DNA of 64,000 bases, from assembly GCA_010093815.1 (NCBI GenBank), contig ML996570.1; one strand, written 5' to 3'. Position numbers and translations under genes: made by a program. Positions 24,296-40,000 of this stretch are shown here, piece after piece. The stretch comes from Pseudovirgaria hyperparasitica (taxonomy: Eukaryota). Below the pieces are notes generated by a model. The model searched no databases and was not told the origin of the DNA. It saw only the letters and a program-made list of their open reading frames with translations. Positions within the stretch are counted from its first letter, which is position 1, and every line of letters begins with the position of its first letter.

Positions 24296-26219
24296 TTCGA
24301 AGATCTGGTTGCAGGTCAAAGGACACTCGAAAAATTGCTGCGGACGAATGCGAAACTGCTGCCTGATGTGTAAGGCTGAGGCACAAACGATTCTAGCGGA
24401 AGTTATCGAAACTCCCTTCGCTACATTAGAGACAGTTATAGAAAGCGAGCGACAGGAACCGTCGAAAAGTGGCAATCAGGAACAAGTTTTATGAGCAAGA
24501 AAGCAAGATCAAATCGACCTGTGACAGGGGGATTCAAGGCGTACGACAAAGCACGAGCTGGAATGAAAGGAGAGGTGCGCTGTTCAAGAGGAGGGAGGGC
24601 TGAGTGTTCAGAGGGTGTGGTGTATCAAGGATCTATGTGGCTTGCTGCGACCGGTCAGGCAGAAGCCGCCTTGATCGGTCGTTCTCTGCATGTTACCAGC
24701 ATGTAAACACTCTGATTCGCCCAGCGGTGCAAAACATACCCATTGCGCTCTTTTTGCTCAGCCTTACCGAGTTATCGAGAGTTCTGTACTCGGGCTCGGA
24801 AGCGGTACAGGCCGTCCGTCTATGGATCCATATCCATTTGTTGTTATACAGTGCGCAAACAATTGGCGGGTCAGGCACAGACTTTGTTGGCTTGGCACTA
24901 TATCTTCCTGCAAGTCAGTCAAACCCGATAGGGCTTACGATAAGTGGAAGAGTAATGAGGCAAAACCTGGGGTATTCTCTGGTCTAATGCTTGGTCATTT
25001 GTTGATTGGTGGTTCCGAGACGAGTTCTGATTGATCAGGATGCATCTTCACCGGTAGGAGTAGGCCATCCATGACAGCCCAACCAACTTCGCAGGCCACA
25101 ATGCAGCTGCTTATGAAAGCCATATAAGAGTTGCTACGAATGTATGCATTCCAGCTAGAAGTAAGCGTTATGAATTCCGGTAAAGAGGCTCTTTAGGCTA
25201 TATATCCTGTGTCAAGTAGCGAGTCGCGCGGCTGTCGCGAGGATGGGTTCATTTGAAGATACTAGGTATGATAATTGATCCATGACCGGTCGCACTGTGC
25301 TCCATCACGACGATACGAGTGGGTTCTTCATGAGGCTGCCTAATGACTGCTAATCTCGTTGGTGAGCAAGTGAGTATGCACTGCAAGTACTTCTCGAACG
25401 TGCATATCGACGCATGTAAAAAGCTACGCGGCAGATGTTTGCCCATTTGCTCGGTGCGTACAGCTCCTCTCCATCTGCTGTCAGCAGTACGTCGTCGCCA
25501 TACCCAGATCGACCCGGTACACGACACCCTGTTTCGATTGGGATAGCACAGACGCGTCAGACCAGGAGCTGATACGTGTCTGTGTTTTTGTGCGTGGCTC
25601 GTGAGGGATGTGGTGAGACGTAAGGTACTGTGTACAGTGTGGCTACGATAATGATTCTTGACGAGAGCTGATTGTGATGGAGGTCGTCGTGACGTTCTGT
25701 GTATCTCCGCGAGGACAAGAAGTGGAGGAGAGATGGAGGGCAGTGAAGTAATGGGAGGAGGTATAATTAGTTACATGGATAAATACTGTACAGGCCACTA
25801 GAAAGATGAACCAATTACCGCCGCCAGTAACGCCGTGACCCCGCCCGGCCCTGTTATCGATCGGGCTGATAGGCAGCTAAGAATCGGCTAACTACCCCCC
25901 CGAACCCACCCCGCTGTTAGCTGGGTGTGGGCGCGTGTTGGCGCGTGTAGGCCCAGAGCAACAATGGTGACGGGCAGCAGCTGCGTGCGTCATTGTGTCA
26001 AGCTCAAACTTTCCTGTAATAAACCTGCTCTCATATTTTTGTCCCCCATAATATAGGCATTTGAGCTTTAGCTCTTGTACATAGAGCAACTTCTATCATA
26101 ACTTAACGAATCTCATACTCTCTTGCTCAACTCTTGCTGCACGTGTCCACAGCTGTTCAAGATCATTCTGCAGCGTTACTGGTCTGTAATTGCTAGGCCT
26201 GCGTCCACCATCTGTAAGC

Positions 26220-29200
26220 ATGTCGGGGCATGAGGATGCAGACGCAACTGCACGCCGATACAGAGCTCCTTTCTCCAGTAATCATCCAATTCCCACCGTA
26301 CAGAGGTACAAGAAGGAGAAACAGGAAAAAGAAGCCACATATGGAGGGGTTGAGGAAGAGCAGGAAGCTAGCAGGACTCAGCGTGCAAGAGATGCCTATG
26401 ATCGTTACAAACATGGCGATGAAGCTCAAAGAGACGACGAAGGCCCCTACAAAAGCGAGAACAAGAATCTCCAAGCAACGGCCACGCCGGACGGAGAAGG
26501 GGACAAAGAGATTACTACTCTTGATCAATCAAAGGAGCAGCCTATTGAGGAAGCTGCAAAAGACACGTCCGAAGCTGATATATCGCAAGATCCAAAGGAG
26601 CAGCGAAAGCAAATGAAAAAGAGGAAAGGCGATGCTGCGCGTGAAGTCACCGATCCAGTCACACATCTACCGGTCAGGATACATGATTTCACTGAAAGAG
26701 ATCTGAAGAACACACCCGAGAATGAGCCAAACCCCGGTCTTCGCTCAAGAACCGGTACAGAGCAGATGGAGAATCCTGAGGACGATCCACAAATCAAAGC
26801 AGACGACGCATTTCAGAGAGACGCTCATTCTGCTATGGACGTAGTGTTCCCACCACCCAACTTTGAGGAGGTCAAGAAACAACTATCGCGCGTTTTCGAA
26901 CAAGCCATCATAGCTGGGATCGGTACACTCTCGATATTTGCGATCGGGATTTCCCTTCTAGGCCATTTCTCCGGCTTCGACAAATCTGGTACATACATCA
27001 GCATACTCACCGTTATTGGCGGCCTTGTTAGTGCAATTACAGTATGGGTACTTCATCAATGGGCGAAGAACAAGATAAATGATGTGTGGGAGAACGAGAC
27101 TTGGGAGAGCGAGAGGCAAGCAGGGAAGAGAATTGCAGCCAAAAACCAGATTGCAGAGTCAACTCATTGGCTCAATTCATTCTTGGCCTCTGTTTGGCCA
27201 CTTATAAACCCTGATCTATTCGTCGCCATTCAAGATCAGTTGGAGGTAAGACCCTCAAAGTATGGTTCAGAAACAGCAGCTAACCTCGCTTGGGTAGGAT
27301 GTCATGCAAGCTAGTCTACCAAAAATGGTCCGTATGGTCAGCGTCGAAGACCTCGGGCAGGGCAGCGAATCCTTGAGAATTCTAGGAATTAAGTGGCTTC
27401 CATCAGGTGCAGCGGCCCAGTCCGTTGGCGAAGATGGATCAATTCAGAAGAAGAAGAAGTCTAATGGTGAGAGCGATCGCAAAGTTCCCGGAGAAGGCGA
27501 AGTTGAGCAAAACTCAGACCAAGAAAAGAAGAAGTCCTCGGATGGTGGTGGTGATGGCCAGCCGGACCACGACGAAGGCCAGGAAAATATTGCCGAGGGT
27601 ATGGAAGCTGAAGAAGGCGAGTTCATCAACTTGGAAGTCGCTCTTTCATATAGAGCGAGGGGCGCAGGCAAAGGTCTACGAAGCCGAGCCAAGAATGCAC
27701 ACCTTTACATGGCATTCTATTTGATAGGGGGTGTCAAATTCCCGGTTTGGGTCGAGATGCACGGGTTTGTGGGCGTATTACGACTGAGGATGCAACTTAC
27801 CCCAGATCCTCCTTTTGTGTCTTTGTGTACCCTCACATTCCTTGGACAGCCTAAGGTAAGTCATCTTGTCTACGTTGTTCCATGTCAGCTGGAGCTTACT
27901 TTGACTTAGGTCGACCTATCGTGCGTACCGCTCAGCAAGCATGCACTTAATATCATGGATCTTCCATTGATAAGTAATTTTGTACAGTCAGCTGTGGATG
28001 CTGGACTGAGTACACTGGTTGCACCTCGGAATATGACTCTAGATTTGAAGGATATGCTCGTCGGTGACGATTTCAAGAAAGACACAACCGCTCGTGGAGT
28101 CCTGATGGTCACTGTCAAACGCGGTTTTGATTTCAAGGAAGGCGATTCTGGAATTGGACCTCTCAAGAGCGGCTCTTCCGACCCATATGTCTCTGTCGGT
28201 TGGGCAAAATTCAGCAAGCCGGTCTGGTCAACTAGAGTACTTATGGGTGAGATGGAGCCTTACTGGCAAGAGACGGCGTTTATTTTAGTGACACCTGAGG
28301 AGTTGAATGTTGATGAGCGGCTACGGTTACAGCTCTGGGACTCTGACAGGACTTCTGCGGACGATGACCTGGGGCGCATAGAGCTTGACTTGAAACACAT
28401 AATGAGAAACGAAAACTCGAATGGAAAGCTCTGGGATCGTCAAGACGGCTTCCGTTCGATCAAGAAAGCTGAAAGCATGCCTGGACAGATAGAATGGAGC
28501 GTGGGATATTTCTCGAAGCTTCGGATGCAAGAATCGCAGCTTGCTTCGCAGACGAAAGAGCCTGGAGTCAAGAACATGGAAGACCTCCGAAAGCTGGTGG
28601 AACAAGAAAGCGAAAGGAAACTACGAGAAGCGAAGAAGGACGAGACCGAAGAGATCGAACAACAGAAAGCTCAGGATCTCAAGGAACGTGAGGACGAGCT
28701 CATAACACACGCACCACCGCCTGATGGCTACCCTACAGGCATCCTGTCCATTCAGATCCACAACATTACCGGGCTGGAGCTGCAAGCCATCAATAAGCGT
28801 GAGCAGAGCAAAAAAGATAACAATTCTGAAGTGGATGAAGAAGGTGACGACCTTCCATCCGCCTACTGCACCATCATCCTCAACCATCAGAAGATCTACA
28901 AGACACGCACTAAACCTAAGAACTCAAAGCCGTTCTTCAACGCCGGATGCGAGCGTCTTGTCCGTGACTGGCGCAATACCGAAATCCATCTCTCCATTCG
29001 GGACGCCCGAGTCCATGAGAACGATGCTCTGCTCGGGATCGTCCACCTTCCATTATCCAAACTATTTGAAAAGCGCTCTCAGTTCTCAGAATTCTTCCCC
29101 TTATCCGGCGGCGTCGGGTACGGCAAGGTGCGCGTGTCCATGGTCTTCCGCGCTGTGAAGCTGCAAGCACCTCGCGAGCTCCTAGGATGGGACTTTGGCA

Positions 29201-30057
29201 CCGTCGAAATCCAACCCTCAGTCCACGCCGGCGAAGGTCTCCCACAGGACTTGCACGACAAACGAATCAAGCTGCACACCAACATCGGCAAAGCCAAACT
29301 CACCGCCCTCGGCGACGGCACCTGGTCCTCGTCGCCCAAGTCATCCTCCTCCTCCTCCTCCCCACGCACCCTCAAACTCGCCGTCCGCCGCCGCTACTCC
29401 TCCCCCCTCATCCTCGAATTCCGCGACTCCTCCCTCCTGCGCGACTCCACCCTCGCCTTCGCCGTGCTCTGGCTCAAAGACCTCCCCGACAACGACACTG
29501 TCACCCTCACTCTCCCCGTCTGGAAAGGCGACCTCGCCCGCGCCTCCCAGAACACCCTGTCCGACTGCGGCCAGCGCCACGGCAGCATCGTAGTCTCCCT
29601 CACCTTCTGGTCCGGCCTCAGCGGCTACCACGCCCGCTTCGCAGGCAAAGACGGGAATATGGCCGACGTCATGGAAGTCCTCGACTGCGCCGCCGACGTC
29701 GCCTCGGACGACAACGCCCTAAATTTCACCGACGATGACGCCGGTACTTCATCTTCTTCATCGTCATCAAGCGACAGCAGCAGCAGCGACGACGACGAAG
29801 ACACACCCACAGGCAGCGAGAAGAGCACAAACGACAACTCCAACGACGATGGCTCCCGCGGCATCATCGACAGCGTCAGAGACTACAAGCACAACGCCAA
29901 GCAGCTGCATCGCAAGAATCGCGGCTTGATGCAGTGGAAGGGTCCGCGCACGGCGGCGTGGCTGAAGGGCAAGGCGAAGCGGACGGAGAAGGGTCTTGCG
30001 GGCTTGTTTAGCCATCATGATGGGGGTCGTGAGGCGGGGATTGAGACGGAGGTTTGA
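26220..30057 (+). CDS. Mug190-like / tricalbin-related membrane-contact protein (2 TM, SMP domain, C2 domains)
   Basis: PFSSNHPIPTVQRY, VTDPVTHLPV, hydrophobic hairpin, SMP start ESTHWLNSFLASVWPLINPDLF, C2 motifs SSDPYVSV, LWDSDRTSADDDLG, KPFFNAGCERLVRDW, and C-terminal LHRKNRGLMQWK. Two introns. Confidence 0.85.
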
Positions 30058-30083
30058 GATTCTGGTGGGGATTGGCGGGGTTA

Positions 30084-30136
30084 AGGGGATGTGGATGGGG
30101 ATGTGGATGGGGATGGGGATGGGGATGGGGATGGGG
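30084..30136. repeat. (GGGGAT)n hexamer repeat, G-quadruplex-capable
   Basis: ggggatgtggatggggatgtggatggggatggggatggggatggggatgggg. Confidence 0.85.
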
Positions 30137-30799
30137 AAAGGGGGAAGGTTCGGGGGGAGAGGTCTGAATTATCCGACAGAGTCTATAGGGCTATAGGTCT
30201 ATGAGTCTACAGGTCTATGAATTACTACTAGTGTATATATATACTGATATATATACTACTATACATCCATACCAATAGAGGGAGGCAGAGATAGAAGGGG
30301 GTCAAAGAAGGACGGAAACCTCCAGCTTGTCATGCAAGTGCCAAGAATGTCAGGTTCTTAGGTAGATACCTGAGGCATCAAATTGTCTCGACTGATCCGC
30401 CGGCAAGTCAGTCAATAAAATTATCAATGCGATACGAGCGCTGACTATAACTCTGGTACACACCACTTTTAAATCCAGTCCATTTCGTGAAGAGAGGAAA
30501 GATGAATGAATGTAGGCATCGGTTCTTCTATATATGGTTTTCATTTGCTCTCTGTCTAGAAGAGATGCTATCGAAAAAAAGGTGGGTTGTCATCTTCATT
30601 ATATTCGTGCCCCGTTCGTGCGCTCTATTGACGTTCGTCCAAAAATGATACGAACAGTGCCACTGGTTTCAAAACCCAAAGTGGTGTCAAACATACATTT
30701 CCATTCCACGCCCCCGGCGTAGCCCCATATCCAGCAGAGCTCGTTTTCTCTACCGAGTTCAGACGCCAATCCCTTTATCTTTTTTTGTGCAACACGTTT

Positions 30800-33075
<2,276 letters not shown>

Positions 33076-33341
33076 GATGGAAAGGAAATTGAAACGGGAC
33101 TGAAACGAGAGAGATGGTATGCGAGGTCAGGAACGATCGTAAGGTAGGATTGGGATTGCGATTGGGTATGAGAGATGGAAGTTGGAGAGTGGAATAGATG
33201 AAGGGAGGCAGAAGAGAGTTGGGGAGGAGGAGGCAGGAGAATATATGTGAAGGTTCGGTGGGGAGGTGGGATGTGTGTGAGGGATGAGCATCAAGTTTAG
33301 CGTGCCATCAATGCATCCGCATCTATCAACGACCTATTAAT

Positions 33342-33406
33342 GCCAGCGCCAGTGCCAACACCAGCCCAGCACCACACCAGCACCAGCACCAGCATCAGCA
33401 CCAGCA
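33342..33406. repeat. Degenerate (CCAGCA)n repeat upstream of GFA1
   Basis: gccagcgccagtgccaacaccagcccagcaccacaccagcaccagcaccagcatcagcaccagca. Confidence 0.75.
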
Positions 33407-35061
33407 TTAAACTGTTCGGCCAGGGCTCAAGGCTCAGGGCCCCAGTTGAGCATTTGTTGATGCAGGGCGGCGACAGGGCCACAGACAGCCAAGACCGCTG
33501 CCAGCTTTGCCACTCAGCCACTCACAGCAGAGAGGGGCTGCATCTTGTTTGTCTTTGGCCCGGTTTAATTCTGAAACTGCCAACAGTTCCACACCGTTGC
33601 CAGGCCTCTGAATAATTATCTCTTGTTGTTGTTATGTCTGTTTATTGTTGTGATGATAATATGTCTCACCTTCTTTGGTAGTGGAGCCTGGCACGTTGCT
33701 CAGCGGGTAATACACTTGGGATGGGGGAGGAGGTAATACAGACACCGCTTAAGCCCGTCAGATCCATCATTCCCCCCTCCCGACCTCGTTAACTAACAAC
33801 AACCATAGCCTGCTAGCAATCTCGACCGATGCGCCACAAGGGTAAATCCATCTGTGCAGTATTAATTACTGTATACTGCTGCACTGTATTGCCGTTTGCA
33901 GTGGGGGTGAATAAGTGTGTGCACTATGGCTCGTAGCACCCGAATGGCAACACAGCTGCTGCCGCTAAACCGGGTGCCTTTCCTCTTTGCTACGCCCCGA
34001 TGTTCTTGGTGCCGACCACAATTGAGGCGCAGCTCTTTGCCCAGCTGCTATTAATGGCATCAAATAGTCTACCTGATACTCTATACAACGCCCCAAGACC
34101 CTCTTTCCGGTACTTGTGAAGACGATCAAGCTTTTCTTCAGGCCCCATTAAGGTTGTTCGATATTGAATATCCTACGCTCTACGCTGTGTCTAGTGTCCC
34201 ATGAGCTGCATCTTGCGGCGAACGCGAATACGGATCCGTGCGAACTGGAATGCCGACCTGTCATTGGCATCTGCACCCTTGTCCTTTCTCATCTCTCCCC
34301 TGAATTTGTGCGCGACCGACGTCAGCAGAACAGACCATGTATCTCTGCAGATCCGGTTACGCCTCCGTGAATCGATATATCAACTCCTTTCGCTCGACGT
34401 CATGCAGCTTGTTCCGATACTGATCAATTATTCAAGTGTGTGTCCTAATGTATTCGCTGGTAATGGAGACTGCCTTATGGAGTGCTGCTAAAGCTCCCCT
34501 CCCTTGCCTCAGCTAGCATATTACGCTTTCACAGTGGCTTCTCAGGCGTCCAATTATTGGCCATGTTTCCTTACACGAACCAAGCAAGCCTCGAATGAAT
34601 GGTGGACTTTGAAGCTTACATCAGGCCTCCCGATCGGATGACTGTAAGGCTGATGATTAGCATCTACCATTCAAGACATGCTTCTCATGACGAACGCCTA
34701 ACAGTTAGCATTGACAGCAAAGATTAGGCCTTAGCACCTCAGCCTTGCAATCCCGACGCCCATCCGTATTCCTTGCAAATTATCGCCGAATACCAATCGA
34801 GGACCGCATTCCGCCGATACAGTAACAGTCTAGAAACTGCTCATCGGAACTTAGCGTGTTAATGCTATTTGAGGGGTTCACTTGGCACTAGCGCCTGCGA
34901 TGGCGGGGTCTGCAAGGCACCAGATACATTCCATCAACTCTAACCAACCTCTTCACCACCCATCCAATTGCTTTTAGCATTTGCATACACTTTCTAGTTG
35001 AGCCGTCTCAATCACCTCCTTCGCCTAAATCTTCACACACTCTCTCCTCACCTGTTCAAAC

Positions 35062-35831
<770 letters not shown>

Positions 35832-37066
35832 ATGCTACCTATGTATCGCAGAACATTCGCTCTTTTTATATACCCAGAAACGCCGGCCGCTCTGGTTGTG
35901 CGAATACAATGACGTAAAAGCAAGAGTCTCGTTCTGATCCAACGCGGCTCTTCAACACTATTACAAGCTCTACACTGTCACTAAAGATGTGGTAATCTCG
36001 AGGAGGATCGGAATCAGGCATGACACCAAAAGATCTGGTCTTCTGCTCTTGAGAGATGAATGTTCATGGTAGAACTCGGTTTTTGGCAGTGTGAGATGGC
36101 TTCAAGAGCAGGAATGGTATTGCGGTCCAGCAAGGGCCTGGTCGAGAAATACACCAGCCATCAATCATAGACGGAAAGTGGTCGTGGAGATGCTGCGTTC
36201 CATGTTTGATGACCTCGGTTGATACGCACGCACCGCTACCTCAGAACGGCGACACAATCGAACAGCTCACGTGAGGTACACATATTTGTCGCGCAATGGC
36301 AATTTCATCTTCCATCATCGATACAATACAACGATATATATCCCCATGCTATTACAAGTGTATTCGATGTTTGGATCCAGTAAGATTGGCAGTCTGTCTA
36401 CGCGAATATGGGGTTGGTCGAGGCGGAGGCTTGCGGACGTTACGCACAGTGCGCTGATGGACATGCGGCGCGATTGTTTGTGTGAGTCAAATAGCAAAGC
36501 GAAGACTTAATACAAAGATAGCTGGAGGCGCCGGGAACGATTCGACAGTCTGGTTTGACGACGGGTGCATTTATGGGGAGGATGAATGAGTGAGTGGTGG
36601 TTGGAATGGCGACGACGTATTATGACCATTTTTACGACTTGGCGCTAGCGAGGGATGCATGGATCAATTCGCTGGCCGTTGTTCTCCTTTGACCTGGACA
36701 CTAACCTAACCGTGTGAAATCACCTTCACTCTCCGTCGCCGCTACATACCTCCCACATTCCTCCTCATCTGCGTCTTCTGACGTGCCCGGCTCTGCGATC
36801 CTCGTTCTTTGCGTCTAGGGCCCTTTTCATTCGTCGTTAAACGCCTGCCTTTCCCGCCAGTCCTCCTCACACATTGTCGCAGATTCTCGCGATATCCTCG
36901 CGTTCCCCATCTCCCCACACTTTCGCGACATCCTCGCGCTATCGCGTGCACAAAACATCGTTTGGCCTCTGCAATCATCGAACATACACGTCAGACCTTT
37001 CATCAGTCACTGTACACACGCGATGGTGATGACCCGGGCTGTATACTTGGTATAGCGGCTTCTATT

Positions 37067-40000
37067 ATGTCGCGCGAAAAAGCCGATACCTCATACACTG
37101 CTTTCTCGCTCGCAAATTCTAACAAGCGTAACAAGCCGCCTGGCAAAGAGGACCACCCAGCATGGGTTGGGCGAACGTCGCTGACATGGACTGCACCTAA
37201 CCGTAAGACGACGCGACGCCCCCAGCCAGAGTCAAGCAATGCCGATGGAAAGTTGATACCGACCTCCAACGAAGAGGCGGATGCCCATCGGGGCGAAAAT
37301 GGTGACACTCTGAATGGTGTGGGCTCCGCAAGCTCTCTCAATAGCACCGTTTCCTCAATCTTCAGCAACAACCTCAACATGCCGTCGTACCCCGGTAATA
37401 CGTCCTCCATCCACGCGCTCACTCCTATAACCAATACAGACTCATCACCACCTGGCAAAAATGCTAGCCCACGGCCTGCTCAAACTTCTGTTGAGGCGAT
37501 CTCGAGTGTCATCGCGACTGAAGAGGTCGCAGAAGCTCCTCGTATCCTTACCTTGGCTACACCTCCGAAGGAAAGGCTACAAGCACGCCCGGGACCTGGA
37601 GAAGATAAGGGCTTCAAAGTCTCATACGATCCTGAGCTCGACCCCACAGCATCCAAACAAGCGAAGAAGAGTTCGAGGGTAACAAAAAAGGCGTTTGGCG
37701 AGAATGTGAGTGGCTCTACAATTATAAAGGTTTTGCGACCTCTGATGCATGGCTTTGCTGACAAAATTTCATTGATAGGCTGATCTCCAAGTCGGCGATC
37801 CTCGTCTATTAATGCCTGGATACAAGCAAGGTGCCGGCATCAGAGGTCGTAAGACCGTTGTTCGAATTGCGCCATATCTCGTGAAACCTTATGCTTTTGA
37901 TGAGAAGCTCTCCGTTCCTGGAACTCAGGCCACCCAGATCATGATCACCGGGTTTGATCCATTTACCCCAGAATCTCGTCTCAGAACTGTGTTCAGTCAG
38001 TGGGGTACAGTAGCCGAGGTCAGAAATCAGACAGATCCGGGAACTGGCAGCTTTCTTGGTATCTGTTTGATCAATTATAGAGATACACTGAATAGCAAGA
38101 AGACCGAGATCAGAGCCACGGCCATCCAGTCGGCGAAAAATGCCGAGCAGTTCGGCAATGGAGCAAAGATTGGGACGTCAATAGTCAAAGTTACACTTGA
38201 CAAGACAGGTCGTAAGGCGAAAAAGCTTGTCGATGTCGCTGTCAAGCGCATCCAAGAGGAGAGATCGAAGCTGCGTGTGCCAGAGCCTCATCCACCTCCA
38301 ACACTCATCCCAGTTGATCCCATAATCGGAGTGCCGGGTGCACCAAAAGGCCCATCTGGCAAGAAAGCTCCAGAGGGACCTCGAGTAGCAGCTCTACCAA
38401 AGCCTGCCTCCCATCTGGTGGTTGAAACAGACCCGATCATCAACACGATCAAGCGCCAGCCGTACATCTTCATTGCACAGTGCTACGTACCTGTCCTCGG
38501 TACGACGTTACCACATATAAAGAAGCGCCTGAAGAACTACTACTGGAACGACATTCGCTTAGACAAGAGTGGCTATTTCATAATATTCGAGGATTCACGA
38601 GATGGTGAGAATGAGGCAGGTCGATGCTTCAAAGAATGCCACATGGCAGCTCTCTTTACCTACGTAATGAACATGGATATACACAAAGAAGGAAACCCAA
38701 ACTACGTCCGCAGCCCAAGTCCCGAGCGCGTCCGAGCTGAGAAACGCCAGAGAGAGGAAATGGAGAGGTATCAGCGTGAAGAAGAGGAGGATCTACAGCT
38801 GGAGTTGAAAGAACGTGCAGAGAATCTTGACCCAGTCAGAGCTGCCATAGATGCGCTTCGAGAAGAATTGCGCGAGAAAGTTCTCAATGACATGAAGACG
38901 AAAATCGCGGCACCGTTCCTGTTCGAGTACCTAGATCCTGCGAAACACGTCGAAAAGCGAAGGCGACTTGGCATCGCAGACCCACAGTCGACAGACAACA
39001 AGCCAACAACATTGTTCGCGAGAGGCGATGAATCTCCCTTGGTTGGCACTCCTGCGTCTAGGCAATCTGGCTTTGCTGGTCGTGGCCGTAAACCCCTTGG
39101 GACCTACGACGCAAACATGCAACCAAAATCCCGCAGGCTGCCAAAGAATGTGAATGCGTTCATGGATGAGCGTCGCAAGCAGCCTCCCAAGCGTCCAGTT
39201 GTGGTTCGTGGTCTCCACAGGCAAATGCAAGGCTTCTGGGGCGATGACGAGGAGGACTCCGAAGATGAGCATCGCAGCGTAGCTACGCGGGAAACTGAAG
39301 AGCAAGAGAGTCGACCGATAAGTCGGGAAGCCTCGATAGAAACGGAAATATTTCCAGAACCGTCCACCCGATTGTCGAGAGCCAAACGGCGCAGGCTTGA
39401 AGCTCACTGGGGTGAAGACGGCGAGGACGATTCCATCGACGATGCCACTGCTCGTAGATTATTGGCACATCTTATCGACAAGGATGTCGAGAAGATGGCA
39501 GAACGAGAGCTGGAGCAAGTTTTGTCCGTACTGCCACGATCATCATCCCTATGGAAACAGGCAGAGAAGGTGCGGAAACGGAATCTGCAGTTTAGAAGAC
39601 ATCAAGAGAAGTATGATGAGATCTTCGGACCAGTAGACGTCCCACCTGATACAACAGTCGAAGGAGACTTGTCGGCCGATAAGGCCGCGGAGACCGTGGA
39701 GGGGCATGAAGGGGAAGAAGTTGTGCTTGAGGTCGCTGAAAAGGTCGTCAAACCCAAACGCGGACGCAAACCTAAGAAGAAGCAAGTACCAGAGGAAGAG
39801 GAGCAGATTCTAGAAGAGGCGACCAAGGTTGAAGATATCACAGACATCCCAGAAGAGATTGACATGCGAGATGTGGAAGACGAGACACCCAAAGAAGGAA
39901 CACCATTCGAAGGGGTGGTCGACTATACCTTCTCGACAGGCAAAGAACCCCGACGGACCGTTGAGGACGACCCAGAGATTCTTATGGATATCGATGGTTG

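Noticed and set aside
24300..26200. TPP riboswitch or snRNA/RNase P/MRP/SRP genes in long intergenic regions
   Set aside because: No recognisable conserved cores were found by eye. An Rfam scan would be needed to exclude them fully.
30350..30415. Two short hairpins (TCAGGT/ACCTGA; GACTGA/TCAGTC) between convergent genes
   Set aside because: 6-bp stems are expected by chance, and there are no box motifs or other support.
34164..34491. 68- and 96-aa ORFs in the GFA1/RIB4 intergenic region
   Set aside because: No recognisable motif, codon bias or intron support; treated as promoter DNA.
36695..36715. ACTAACCTAAC as a telomerase RNA template
   Set aside because: It lacks the third C needed to template TTAGGG (TAACCCTAA). 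The only GGTTAGGGTT match (about 43780) is inside P450 coding sequence.
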